Source: the human T2T-CHM13v2.0 reference genome, Homo sapiens
NCBI RefSeq assembly: GCF_009914755.1
Contig: NC_060928.1
DNA length: 64,000 nucleotides
Strand: one strand, 5' to 3'
Part shown: in pieces, positions 13,700 to 31,370 of the stretch
Position numbering within the stretch: position 1 is the stretch's first letter
Layout: every line of letters starts with the position of its first letter
Position numbers and translations under genes: made by a program
Notes under the pieces: model-generated
Database searches by the model: none
What the model saw: the letters and a program-made list of their open reading frames with translations, nothing else
What the model was told of the DNA's origin: nothing

Positions 13700-13718
13700 T
13701 GCTGCCCCCGTGTGGCCA
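13700..13718 (-). promoter_or_regulatory. Possible CTCF motif (TGGCCACACGGGGGCAGCA)
   Basis: Resembles the CTCF core CCACYAGRKGGCR with two deviations. Confidence 0.4.
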
Positions 13719-13959
13719 GGAAGGTTCATAACCACCACCACTTTCCCTTAAACCCAGGAAGGGATGCCGGGCGTAATCAGTTCTGGGAATAAATGCTCAT
13801 CTTGGAGCATGGGAAGAGCTCAAAGTATTTAATCAAGTCATCTGCCACTTAAAAAAAAAAGTTAACAAAAAAAAATCAACATATACACTTTGACTTATGC
13901 CCATTCTTCAATAGTTCTTAACCAAAAGGGCAAAAGAGTAATGGTTCAGGGTAGAACCG

Positions 13960-14937
<978 letters not shown>

Positions 14938-16328
14938 ATAGACAGATGGCTCCTTTCTTTACCCTAAGTTATGTGGTTCCTCAGACTGAAAGTAAAATCT
15001 AGGTTCAAATCCCAGGGCTGCCTCTTACCATTTTTGACCTTGGGTGAGTTAGTTAACCTGTCTGTGTCTCAATGTCCTCGTTATAAAATGTGGGTACTAA
15101 AAATAACTTGTCTCACAACAAATGTTGTCAGGATTAACTGGGCTAAATTCGAGTTTGCTGCTGCTTCTGTTATTGTTGTTAGTTACTATGGGCATTTAAG
15201 GGATCTGGGTCATGGCTGACCCAGAAGGGACACAGCTTTTGACCTGGGCCCCCTTCTCTCCCATTTGTTCTCTTTTCTTCCACAGTGGAATTGAGTCATC
15301 CTATCTTAGTTGGAACACTCATCTTGTGTGCAGCTTCTATCTCTGAGTTTTATAATACAGCCATCTACCTGCAGAGGACCTCTCCCTAAAACATGTGTCG
15401 TGGAGCAGAACACAGAGCAAAGCCTGGGTATCTATGACCAGATGGTCTTGGGTTCGAATTATATTCCAATCAGTGGATGCTCAGCCTCCAGGCATCTAAG
15501 GTTACTCAGTTGAACAGTGATAAGGAAATGAAGAAGGGCAAGTGGCTGGGACATTGTAGGCCCTCAGCAAATATGGACTTCGTTCTCTCTGGTTCCGCAA
15601 GATACTATTATTTCAATTTTTGTTTTCCTGTCTTCCATTTCTCTTTTCTCCTGCTGAATTTCTAGGTTTCTGTCCTTTTCCTTTCTCTGGGCTTTAATGC
15701 AAGCAGCAAAATGAGAGCATGCTGTCAGAAAACTGGGGGATCTCCTTCAGGGACCAGGTGGGGCAGGGGATGCAGTGAGGGGTGAGACCAGGGGCCAGGA
15801 GCCAGTGAGCCGTGGGATACAGGCCTTGCCTGTAACCAGGAAAGTCAGCCTCGGGGTACAGGACCAAAGAAGACAGTGGTAAAATGAGCTCATGTCCATG
15901 AAGGAGCATATCCGACACCCAGGGCACAGCTGCTGCTCTGTGACTGTTGAGAGACAGTGACCAAAAGGTAAATGGTACCAGAACATATAACAACGTTAAG
16001 TTACAGATGTTAGAAAACGAAAAGAGTTCACATCAAAAAGCTAAAATGTGGCCCGACACTACAAATGTAATCCTAATTAACAGTCATCTATGGGAATCAT
16101 TTACCACTCAAGCCTAATTATCCTGCAGCACAATAACAACTGTGTATTCGCGATGATAACATTTCCTGAGTGCCTGTTAGGTCCTGGAGGACTACAGAGA
16201 TGAGTGCCTATTCTTCCCTGTAGATACACCTGAGTTACCTGAGAGTATCTGAGAGTAGATAAGTTCGTGCTCTTGAGAAGCTTGTGACAGAGCAGACACA
16301 TAGCAGCAATCTATAGCACGGACCATGA

Positions 16329-16682
<354 letters not shown>

Positions 16683-16984
16683 TTTTTTTTTTTTTTTTTT
16701 AATTCAGAGTTAGTGATGGACAGTTTCTTAAAAACATGAAATTGAGCTGAGCCTTACAGGACAGATTAATTCATTCATTCAACAAATATTTATGACACCT
16801 ACCATGTGCTAGGCACCAGAGACTTATTATCAATGGGACAAACAGACCAAACACTCTGCCCTAGGTAGTATTTCAAAAAACTGGAAGGGCATATTCGTTT
16901 GGCTGCCACATCCAAGGTCACACAGCTCTGTGGACATGGATCAAGAAGAGTAAGGTGCAACTATGGGAGAAGGGGCCCAGCACA

Positions 16985-17200
16985 GTGTGGCTTGGGGCCC
17001 AGATGTTGAAGCCACTAACTCTGGGATGAAATCTCAGGTCGGCCACTTATTAGCAGTGTGACCCAGGTTACTCAATCTTGGTGAGCCTCAGTTTCCTCAT
17101 CTGTTGCCATGAGGATAACAGGATGGACCTCATAGGGTCCTGGCATGATGAAATGGGATGACTTAGATTAAGAATCTTGCAAAGGGCCTGGCCCAAAGGA
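16985..17200. mobile_element. MIR
   Basis: ccacttattagcagtgtgacc...gagcctcagtttcctcatctg core. Confidence 0.75.
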
Positions 17201-17332
17201 AATAGGTGAGAAAAGGTGGCCACTATTTTCTCAAGGTCTCTGATCCCCCAATCCTGACATATCATAGCCAGCTATGCCAATCTAGTTTTGTTTTTACAAT
17301 TAATGACTGAGCATCAATAAAGATACCCCTAG

Positions 17333-17739
<407 letters not shown>

Positions 17740-17833
17740 CACACTTCAGGGATTTTATTAAGGGTCCACGGACCTGGGAGATCCATGGATGAGCTTCAGG
17801 AAGTTCTAAACACCCTGAAAATATATCCAAAAT

Positions 17834-17835
<2 letters not shown>

Positions 17836-17867
<32 letters not shown>
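17836..17867. repeat. (TG)n microsatellite, about 16 units
   Basis: Read directly. Confidence 0.97.
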
Positions 17868-17868
<1 letters not shown>

Positions 17869-17925
17869 TGGAAAGATGGTCCAAAGCTCTCACCAGTTTT
17901 CTAAAAGCTGTAAAAATACAAAGTA

Positions 17926-18135
17926 CAGTATATCTTCACTTAACATCATTGATAGGTTCTTGAAAACTGTGACTTTAAGCAAAATGACCTACCTCGAATA
18001 AGGTTTTGTTCAACTTCTTTCAATGTTGTTTTGCTATAATGTTGATGAGAAAAAAATCTGGTTTCCTTACACATCATTTCTCTTAAAGCTGGAGTTTCTA
18101 AGAACTCACTAATAATGTTAAGTAAGGATTTACTG
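17926..18135. mobile_element. Palindromic Tigger-family MITE (MER6B-like), 210 bp
   Basis: TA TSDs (17924-25, 18136-37), CAGTA...TACTG ends, about 60-bp imperfect inverted arms. Confidence 0.8.
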
Positions 18136-18431
18136 TACTTTAAAAGAGTTCCAAGGAGGTTAGACAGCAGAGTGCTCACCGTCAAGACATCAACACGTAT
18201 TGTATGTGTGTACGTGAATCAGGGCTAGCGAAAGCTTTCTAGTTAGCATCACAATCCTCTTTTGGTTAGTGGATGAGGAAACCGGTTAAATGGCTCTACA
18301 TAGGAAATGATCAGGAATTTAAGAGCTAACAGAAGAAATGGGTATAGGAAAGTAGGGAGGGGCAAGAAAGGGCTGCACAACTTCAGGGTGGCTGGAGCTG
18401 ACAGGCAGGACTGAATGACTTGTGAAAGTGA

Positions 18432-18754
<323 letters not shown>

Positions 18755-18782
18755 CAACACCCAGTTTTTAATACAAGAAACT

Positions 18783-19527
<745 letters not shown>

Positions 19528-20053
19528 TTACCCTTCTGCTGAGGAGAACGTTGGCAGAGAAAAAGGAACATGCAAAAGTTTCAGCGTAGAGAATAGGGAT
19601 TCAACATAAGAGAAATAGAAGCCACAGGGAACAGGCAGGGTTTTGGGGAGGATACACACACCACTGCAGGATATGGGATTCCAGCCTGTCTTGCTAGATC
19701 CTAGGAACATGGTGATCCCGGCTGCTGCCTATGCTGCAATAGCTGCTCTATGGAGACCTTTTCTATCTATGTTCTGGGGGTCAGGTGGAAAAAAGCCATG
19801 TATTCCTGCTATATGTGACTATGAAGAAGAACCTTTTTAATAATCATATAGCCCACATACTATTTATTTCACATTGGTGGCCAGAATAATGTACACTTAG
19901 GGTACATTTGTTACATTTGATAGCGCATGTTTTGTGATATTTCCCTAAGAGTTAAGTACAGCCCTCTGTCATCTCCTAGTTACTGTAGCCAGTAGACAGC
20001 AACGGGTCTGATTTCTGCCCGCAGCCCAGGGTCTTTTCACCACCCAGGTTTCA

Positions 20054-20397
<344 letters not shown>

Positions 20398-21654
20398 GGC
20401 AGCCAGTGAGCAAAGGGCTATGACCTAAAACAACTTTCACAGAGTCCATACAAAAAACAGGCAAGCTTTTCAAGATTCAAAATACCTCTTGGATGTTGCC
20501 TCCATAATAGAGAAGTTTTTAGTAAACTGGCATTTGTGGTCATTACAGGCAGAAACGATCACTGTCATTATGTATATGGTTTTAAATATAACTAGGCTTT
20601 GTTATTGCTTTTTTTTTTTTTTTTTAAATACTGAAATGCTTTTCAAAGCTAGGATGTCAGTGGGTTCTGCCAGAGAGGTGTCTGGGGATTCTCTGGAGTG
20701 AAGCTTGACCCAGTTCTCCATCCGGCTGAAGCAAGGAATCAGCCTGATTCATTATTCAGCATGGCAGAGACCACGGTGGCCAGGGAGGACCCAGAGAGCA
20801 TTTCTACACTGGTCCCCATGAGCGCTCCAGCTGTTCCTGCCATTTCCCCCAGACTGTCTACAATACACTGAGCACTCAGGTAGAAAACACGATGCATGGC
20901 CCTTTGAAGCCCTGGGCCCACTACTGCCATTAACTTAACTTTCCCCCTTCCTATTTTTCAGAGCAAGACACATAACTGGAAAAGCTCCCCTGATGTTAAC
21001 CTCTGACAGGCCCTTCTACAAAGAGGACGGTCATGATCATGGCTAACCCCCATGTAGCGCTTACCATGTGCCAGGCACTAAGGGTTGATCCATAATTGAA
21101 ATATCGCCCACGATATCCATCTCCTTGCCTGCCCGCCACCCACTAATGGCTGGTCCCTTCATGAAGGGCAGTTCCCAGCCTGGGTCACCTCTGTCTCTGC
21201 TCACAGGGCCAGGAATACTAACCCCATCCCCTGCAGTTGGGAAACACCCAGCACACACGCAATCATACAAAATAAAAGCTACATTATTTGACACAAGGAA
21301 GGAGAAAGAGGCAACGCAGTTGAGCAGCGGCCTCACAATCCTTCTTCACACACAACACGGAGCCAGGCGAGTTCCCAGGATATAAAACTTCCCTGATGTC
21401 AAGTCCTTAAATGAAAACGAAAGGATTCTTTCAAAGCAGATGCATCTTTACTTGTTCTCCCCTGGGCCATTCCCAAGTCAGCTCCTGCCTGCGAAGTCTA
21501 TTCCTAACCTCCTCCCTCTGTTGGAGAAAGCGCACTTGCAGACTTGCCACGAAGCAACCTTGAGAAAAGCAATCATTGTGAGATTTATAGGAACCACTGA
21601 TGTGCTGGAGAGAATGCACAAAGGCAGTCTCACTCCAGTGGGGGCTGAGATGAC

Positions 21655-21710
21655 ATTCGGCATCTACTTTATTGCTGGGGATTCAGCATCTACTTTATTG
21701 CTGGGGAATC
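21655..21710. repeat. 26-bp tandem duplication
   Basis: catctactttattgctgggga at 21661 and 21687. Confidence 0.93.
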
Positions 21711-22098
21711 TTTGCTTCCTCACGCTTATTCAGGGGAGGCCAAAGCTCCTCACTCCTCCGCACTGAGAGATCTCTTTGGTAAGGGTACGATGGTCCAGAA
21801 CAGCAGCCTAGACACCTTCCTGACCCCTTGTGTGGCTCGAGTGGGGAAGCGAGAATGAGTTTGATGAAGGTCAGTGGTCTGAGGCCATGCTGGAGAGGGG
21901 GAGGGTGCCACTGTCCTGGAGGGGCCTGGATTTGGCTTCTAATTTAAGATATACATTTGTGTAGCATTAAAGTCATGACATCAACATGCTTTCCTTTTAA
22001 GACACAAGATACACATTTTTGCATGGCAATGAAATAATGTCTTCAGTGTATTCTAAGCATAGATTCTAAGTATTCATTGTTAACTTAAAAGCATTCTC

Positions 22099-22445
22099 AG
22101 CTGGGCACAGTGGCTCACACCTATAATCCCAGCACTTTGGGAGGCTGAGGTGGCTTCTGCTTGAGCCCAGGAGTTCGAGACCAGCTTGGGCAAAATGGCA
22201 AGACCCTGTTTCTACAAAAAAATTTAAAAATTAGCTGGGCATGGTGGCACACGCCTGTAGTCCCAGCTACTCAGGAGGCTGAGGTGAGAGGATGAGGCAG
22301 GAGAATGGCTTGACTGGGAGGCAGAGGCTACAGTGAGCTGAGGTGCGCCACTGCACTCCAGCCTGGGTGACAGAGTGAAACCTGTCTCAAAAAAAAAAAA
22401 AAAAAAAAAAAACAAAAGAAAAGAAAAGAAAAAAGAAAACAAAAA
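22099..22445 (+). mobile_element. Alu (AluJ-like) with long A/(AAAAG)n tail
   Basis: Alu dimer with a rearranged right-arm segment. Confidence 0.88.
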
Positions 22446-22827
22446 TTCCCACCAGTACTTAGTTAAGGGGATTTCAGAGTCCCAATGAGGAGGGAGGAAA
22501 CTTCCATTTCCAGCGCTCTGATGTAACCACAGGTGCTTTATTATTAGTTACCTAACTTAATTTAGATCAATTTTCATAACCCAGTGAACCCAGTGAAAGA
22601 GGGACTCTGCATCTTTTTTAAGTGTCCATACAAAACATTGGAAACATTTTGACCATGAAAGGACTTGAACCCTCAATCTTCTGACCCAAAGTGAGATGTC
22701 TTTTCCCTTAGGCCACATGGTCTCCTCTCTCCCATTTTTGAGATAAGCAAACAGACTCCTGGCAAATTTAAGGTTTCCTAAAACAGAGGTGGCAGAAAGG
22801 AGTGTCCCACACATGCACTTATTGAGA

Positions 22828-22941
22828 GTGTGTGTATATACATGTACATATGCATGTATATATGTGCACACGGGTATATATGCATGTATATGTAAATATG
22901 CATATATACACACATATATGCATGTCTATATGTGTATATGT
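22828..22941. repeat. Low-complexity alternating purine-pyrimidine (TA/CA/TG) tract
   Basis: Read directly. Confidence 0.9.
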
Positions 22942-23266
22942 AGATGGATCTAGGTACAGATAGACATACATGCAAAGGACTCAGCTAGAGACTTCCTTTT
23001 ACATATCTTGTTCAATCAACTTAATCCACATATCAACACATGAGGCAGATATTATTATTGCCATTTCACAGATGAGGAAACTGAGGTACAGGGTAGTTGT
23101 TAAGACTGAATCGTGTCCCCTCCCCAATTCCTATGCTTAAGTCCTAACCCCCAATGTGACTGTATTTGGAGAAAGGGTCTTTAATGCAGTAATTAAGTTA
23201 AATGAGCTCTAACAATGGGGCTCTACTCCAATAGGACTGATATGCTTTATTTAATTTAATTTAATA

Positions 23267-23292
<26 letters not shown>

Positions 23293-23300
<8 letters not shown>

Positions 23301-23574
23301 TTTTAGACAGAGTCTCACTCTGTCACCCAGGCTGGAGTGCAGTGGCTCACTACAACCTCCGCCTCCTGAGTTCAAGCAATGATCCTGTCTCAGCCTCCCA
23401 AGTAGCTGGGATTACAGGTGTGTGCTACCAAGCCTGGCTGATTTTTGTATTTTTAGTAGAGATGGGGTTTCGCCCTGTTGGTTAGGCTGGTCTTGAATTC
23501 CTGACCTCAGGTGATCTGCCCACCTTGGCCTCCCAAAATGATGGGATTACAGGTGTGAGCCACTGTGCCTGACC
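23293..23574 (-). mobile_element. Alu (AluS-like), with (TA)n at the tail end
   Basis: Reverse Alu. Confidence 0.9.
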
Positions 23575-23575
23575 C

Positions 23576-23869
23576 TTTTTTTTTTTTTTTTTTTGAGACA
23601 GGGTCTTGCTCTGTTTTCCAGGCTAGGGTGAAATGGCGCGATCTTAGCTCACTGCAGCCTTCACCTTTTGGGCTCAGCCTCCCCTGAGTAGACGGGACTA
23701 CAAGTGTGCACCACCATGCCTGCTAATTAAAAAAAGGTGGGTTTTTTTTTTGTAGAAATGGAGTTTCACCATGTTGCCCAGGCTGGTCTGGAACTCCTGG
23801 GCTCAAGCCATTTGCTCACCTTGGCCTCCCAAAGTGCTGGGATTACAGGCGTGAGCCACTGTGCCCAGG
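23576..23869 (-). mobile_element. Alu (AluJ-like)
   Basis: Reverse Alu in tandem with the previous one. Confidence 0.88.
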
Positions 23870-24005
23870 TGTGTGTCTGTGTGGTGTGTGTGTGTGTATG
23901 TGTGTATGTGTATGTGGTGTGTGTGTGTGGCATATGTGTATGGTGTGGGTGTGTGTGGTGTGTGTGTGGCATATGTGTGTGTGTATGTGTCTGTGTGTGT
24001 GTGTG
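23870..24005. repeat. Complex (TG)-rich repeat
   Basis: Degenerate TG array with a recurring gtgtgtggcatatgtgt subunit. Confidence 0.93.
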
Positions 24006-24754
24006 GTATCCTTATAAGAGGAGGAAGAGACAGCAGGGAGGCGCCCACACAGAGAATAGGCCATGTAAGGACAGAACAAAAAGGCGGCCAGCACAAACCC
24101 GGGAGAGCGGCCCCAGGGGAAGCCAAACCTGCTTTCACAGTGACCTTGGGCTCCCAGCCTCCATAACTGTGAGAAAAGAACGTTTCTGTAGTTGAAGCCA
24201 CCTCGTCTGTGGTATTTTGTTATGGCAGCCCCAGCCAACAAACACACGGTGGTGTATACACTTCAGGTAACCATGAGCATATGGCAGAGCTGGCAGTGAA
24301 GCCTGAGTTTGTGTCCTGACACATTCCTGTCACCGCGCCTTGCTGCCTCCTAGGTGCGGCAACAATGCTGGCTTTCCTGACGGAGAGAGGGAGGCCGGCA
24401 TCCCCAGGCCACACCTATAATGCCTCTCACCCCATACACGTGTGCACAACACGCCTCCTCCCCTCCTCACAATCTTGGGTGCACCCAGTAGCTACACCCG
24501 GCTGGCACCGGAGCCCAGGGAGGCCAGCCCCACTCTAAAGAGGCCCCGAAGAATTCAAGGCCTCCTAGGAGTACCCTGAGGAGAAGAAAATAATCCCTCA
24601 ATGGGGAGTGAGTACTTCAAAGCCCACCAGCTCTACGTTTATAGCTTTGGGCTGGTCCCGAGGCTTCTCAGAAGTACCTCAGAGCCGACAATGGGGGAGC
24701 CCGCCACTGCAGGAACCAAAAGCCCTGAGGTAGTGTGGGTGCCCTTGTGCAAAC

Positions 24755-24772
24755 TGTCCACTAGGGGGCACC
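24755..24772 (+). promoter_or_regulatory. Strong CTCF-like motif TGTCCACTAGGGGGCACC
   Basis: Near-consensus CCACYAGGGGGCR core in non-repetitive DNA; occupancy unknown. Confidence 0.65.
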
Positions 24773-25926
24773 ATCACCCAACACCTGCTAACAGATCACT
24801 GGAGGCAAGGAGGCCTATGGAGGCAAAGGAAATGCCCAGGGAACCGACTAACTGCCTGCTAGCTGCGTCCTCCTCCCTCCAGGCCACAGCACTGCTCTCC
24901 ACACTGTTTTCCAGAGGTGTAGCACTCTTAGGTCCAGGGGCAACCTGCAGAGGAGCCCAGTGTGGGGCTGAGGCCTCTGGGCCTCCCCTGTCACAGTGGC
25001 CCTGCTCTTGCCCTTACACAGAAGGGCTTCTGCTACTAAAGAAAGGCCGGTGCACCATGCAATCACCATTATTTGCAATGCCTGCCCCACAGCGACTCTC
25101 ATTAACCTGCTGAGCAGGTTCAATCATCAGCACGTTATGAACAAGTCATACAAATCTAAAAATATCAACCAGAAATGCCAACTTATTAATTTACGGAGAG
25201 AAACGCCAAGTGTCAGTCGACTGCATGTTCAGGTTGGCTAATGAAAGGGTTTGCTCTCTGCAGGAAACCCACTCCAGTTTTCAATCCCCAGGCCACTGCA
25301 GGCTGACAAACAACGATGCAGGCAGAGGAACCTGACAATCAGCATCCTAACAGCCAGGATTCTTGACGATTCTTCACTCATGCCAGAGACACGCCTCCGG
25401 GTTGTGATTTAGTACAGAAACAGTTAATTGCATTAGTCATTTCCTGCCCAGGAACCAGGCTGGCATTATGAGTCCTATTTTTATCAATGGAAAATTTGAG
25501 CAGAGGTGGGTTCAACCGAGAGACGTAGCACAATGTTTCCAGAATGTCATGGAACAAATTAAGTGTATGTTTACTTAAAGATGAACTTGCAGGCATATCT
25601 CATTAGACATATGTAATCTGATAATCACTTATAATCATCATGATACTAGCAGTGACTATTTATCGAGGGCTCACTCTGTGCTGAGTGTTTTATATACAAG
25701 TCTGGTCTTGGCAGGGAAAGCATGAAGGTGGGCGCTGACATTTACACATCACTTGCCACAAGCTGCATGCTTTACAACATGTAGCACAACATGTTTTCAC
25801 AACAACACTACAAAGTAGGTGCTGTATTTCTTATTTTCTAAATGAGAAACTGAGGTTCAGGGAACTTAGTTGAATTGTCTAATGTCACAATGTAAATAAA
25901 CAGCAGAGCTAGATTTGATCTGAGGT

Positions 25927-26436
<510 letters not shown>

Positions 26437-26997
26437 CTCCCAGCCCTAGTCTTGATTCCCCATTCTCTGCTCTACATTAGCTGTTCTATTAGCAGAAATG
26501 CTCAATCTAAAGGGGGATCCTTGAGATCAGGCCTGTTCTGTGGACCTCTGTATACCCACCACCCAAAAGTGGCCCCGGATGTGCCACATGCTCAAGAAAT
26601 ACTTGTCAGATGAAGACACTCGAGCTTGAGACAGACTGAAATATCATGGCAAGGCTAGGCCAGACCTGACTGGCAGTCCTGGACTACCACTCCCTATTTG
26701 TGCCTTCAGCACATTCATCGTCCTTAGTTTCCTCATCTGCATCACCGGAGGGATAATCTTGCCTTTGCAGGCACTGCTGTGGATTCAAGGGGCTGTGAAC
26801 CCTGGCAACCAGCCCAGCACAGCCTATGGGAAGCAGTTGTTTTTATTGGAATAATAGTAAAATTGTACACAGCCTGGACTCTGAAGCCAGAGATTGCAGT
26901 TTGAATCTCAGCTCCCTACTTAATTCCTGTATGACACACGGCAAGTTGCTGACCTTCCCCTGTGTCTTGGCTTTTCTAACATGGAAACGACAGACAT

Positions 26998-27227
26998 AGG
27001 GTTGACCCTTGAACAACATGGATTATTTGGACTGTGTAGGTCCACACAGATTTTTGTCAAGCAAATGCAGATTGAAAATAGAGTATTTGCAGGATGCAGA
27101 ATTCATAGAGGGTTGACTTCTCGAATCCGCGGGCTCCTCAGGGACAACTGTGAGACTTGAGTATGCGTGGATCTGGTATACTCGGGGGTCCTGGCATCAA
27201 TCCTCCGCATGTACTGGGGGATGACTG
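26998..27227 (+). mobile_element. Tigger2-derived MER8-like element inserted in a MIR (about 26870-26995 and 27230-27320)
   Basis: gttgacccttgaacaaca...ggtcctggcatcaatcctccg...gatgactg; MIR sequence on both sides. Confidence 0.75.
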
Positions 27228-28196
27228 TGCTTATGTTCTAAGGAATGTTGGGAGCACTAAATGGTATCATGTGTATAAAGTGCTCACAATGGTACCTGGT
27301 AAGCATACAATGTGTCAACCTTTATTATGATTAGCTCTAAATTATCAATAAATCCTGATCTAAGCCATGCCTAGTGATATAAAAGTCATATAAAATATCG
27401 ATTCAGTCGGGGGACCTAGAGTCAGGTAACATGTCCAACTCCAGGTGTCTTACACTGTAGGCCACAGGGCCAGTTCTTCCTGTGGGCTTACTCCGCCCAA
27501 TCCAATCCATGTCTGGCTTATCAGGAGCGCCATCATAAGCTGCTGGGGCCTGGAACCTGCAGACTGGAGCCCATATCCAAGGGTCCTGGGACACCTCAAC
27601 AGAGGTGCATCCTGAGCTCTTAATGTGTCTGCAGTCCTCATAAGTGGGCCTCCAGCTGGTCCCAGACCAACACCTAGGGGGACACGGATTCCTGTGCTGG
27701 AGCCGAGCCTCCATGCAGAGCTTTGTGCTAATTTCTTCTCTAGGTACCAGTGGGATCTAGATAACTCATTGTCATGACATCACCTCCCTCCTCCCTCTGC
27801 CCCTACACAGACTTTGAGCTTCAGAGCACTGGGATGCTGCAAAGGCCTGCTCATTAAATCGGACTGGCTAGACATGGAACAGGCCTGCAGAAGCTTTGGA
27901 GAGTATGGTTTGGACTATTCCTGCACTCAGCGATACGGGACAAGCACAGAATGCAATAATATTTAGTTTGTTCAAAAAGCCAAATGCTTTTGCAAAATAC
28001 TCTTTTTTATTTAATAGGAAATAGAGATTGTCTTATGGAAGAGTGGGATGGGAACCTGTGGAAAGACATCTTAAATCCAACCCCTGGCAGTCTGACATAG
28101 GGCTGCTGTCAAATCCCCATAGCCACACTCCCAATCACAATGCTTCTTAGATACCCCTAACCCACCGCAGCCTAAGGCCTACAAAGACAGCTCAAT

Positions 28197-28500
<304 letters not shown>

Positions 28501-29396
28501 TCAGTTATTGCAAAAGTATCTCTAAGAATGCTCTGAGAGTGACTGTGGAAATTCCCCTGGAGGAACAGTGAACACGTTACACAAAAGGGAACTTCATCAA
28601 ATCTGCTGCTGGAGATGCTCAAATGCCAAGCAAATCTGAGTGTGTGGCAGTAAACATGAGATTCACATCCCACCTTCTCGGAGTCTGAGTAAGGGCCCAT
28701 GGAAGTCGAGGCCAAGAAGCTCGGCTGGCAGAATCCCGCTTCTATTCCTGCTGATACGCAGCAGATGTCTGCGCTACTGGGAAACCATTCTTACTCCCTG
28801 AAAGTGTGAGTGGTATTTTAGTTTTCCCCTGCAGGAGTCTTGGAAAAGATTGGAAAGCAAGTCCTGAGGTCCGCATGGCTGATTTACACTACAGATTACG
28901 TTTCTGCTGCTGCAAAGCTGAGAAACGTTATTTGCAGAGTAAGCACAGAGGAAAATCGGAATGCACACCAAACTGTGCACATGAAGTGGAACATTGCATT
29001 TCGCTGGGAAATGAGCTCTAGGCCACGTGAGCTCTAGGGGAAACGCTGATCCTAAGAAAGGAGCAGAGACAGTCTGCAGTCAGCAGTCAGGCTGTACCCG
29101 CCAGTCTGGGGGGTCAGAGCTGGGACGCTGTGGGCCAATGGTGAAGTTACACAGTTCAGTCTCAAATAGTAACAGGTATATTTGCAATATGGAAAATGTA
29201 ATTCTCAAATAAATAAACAAGTGTATGGTTTTTAACAACTGTTTGCCGTAAGCATGCTCCCTAGGCGGAATCTGAGGCAATTCAGAACTAGTTTGGTACT
29301 CTCTACCCTAAAATGTGCCTTTGCACATGAGTCCACTCGGAATAATGCCACTGAGCCTTGAATAAAGTCCTTCCTCCGAATAGCTCAAGTGCAAAT

Positions 29397-30682
<1,286 letters not shown>

Positions 30683-31119
30683 TCTGTCCTTCTTCACAGA
30701 GCAAGAATGGAGGGGCATAGGATAGCAGGGTGGGGGGTGGTGCTTAATTACTCTTAAGCTTTCTAGATTTTGGTGTAGTGAGTTGCAGGCACTAGAAACC
30801 ATGAGTCCCTGGGTTTTTGTCCTAGTTCTGCTACTGACTAGAACCTTCAGGATGTCACCTGATTTACTCAGACCTCATTTTAGTCATCTGACAAGAGAGG
30901 GGAAGGGGGCAGTTGAGGAGGGAGAAGGGTTTGGGCTAAAAGATAACTCAGGACATTGCCTGCTGTGAAATACCTCTCAAACACTTTATCCGACTCTTGT
31001 CCCCACTGGTTATTCCTTTGGCTTAAAGGCACAGTGGCCTCCAGGCCAATCCTTCATCCACTAAGGACTCATCACCATGGGCTCCCCCCACCCTCCCAAT
31101 CTACCTGCTTCCCTCTCTC

Positions 31120-31370
31120 ATCTCGTACTCAGTGTCACCTTCTGGGAAGCCTCCCTGATTACTTAAAGCTGCTACTCCTCCTGGCACTCGCTCACACTCT
31201 TCCCTGCTGTTTTTCTCCATAGTAAGTCTTTTCACCTGATGTACTTTTATTCCACTTGTGTGGTTCTCTCTCCACACCCTGGAATGTACGTTACACAAAG
31301 GCAGGGACTTGGTCTGCAGTATCCTCAGCCCCGGAGCGCAGAGCCTGATCCTAGTGAGTGTTAAATGAAT
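31120..31370. mobile_element. L2 3'-end fragment
   Basis: gtcaccttctgggaagcctccctga...ggcagggactt...gtatcctcagc...tgttaaatgaatg. Confidence 0.65.

Larger units (their letters stand above)
23098..24246 (+). mobile_element. MLT1A/B-like MaLR LTR split (23098-23242 and about 24004-24246) by two Alus and microsatellites
   Basis: 5' tgt...gaatcgtgtccc...gtcctaacccccaatgtgactgtatttggaga; resumes at ccttataagaggagg and ends with gtggtattttgttatggcagcc...aaca. Confidence 0.8.
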
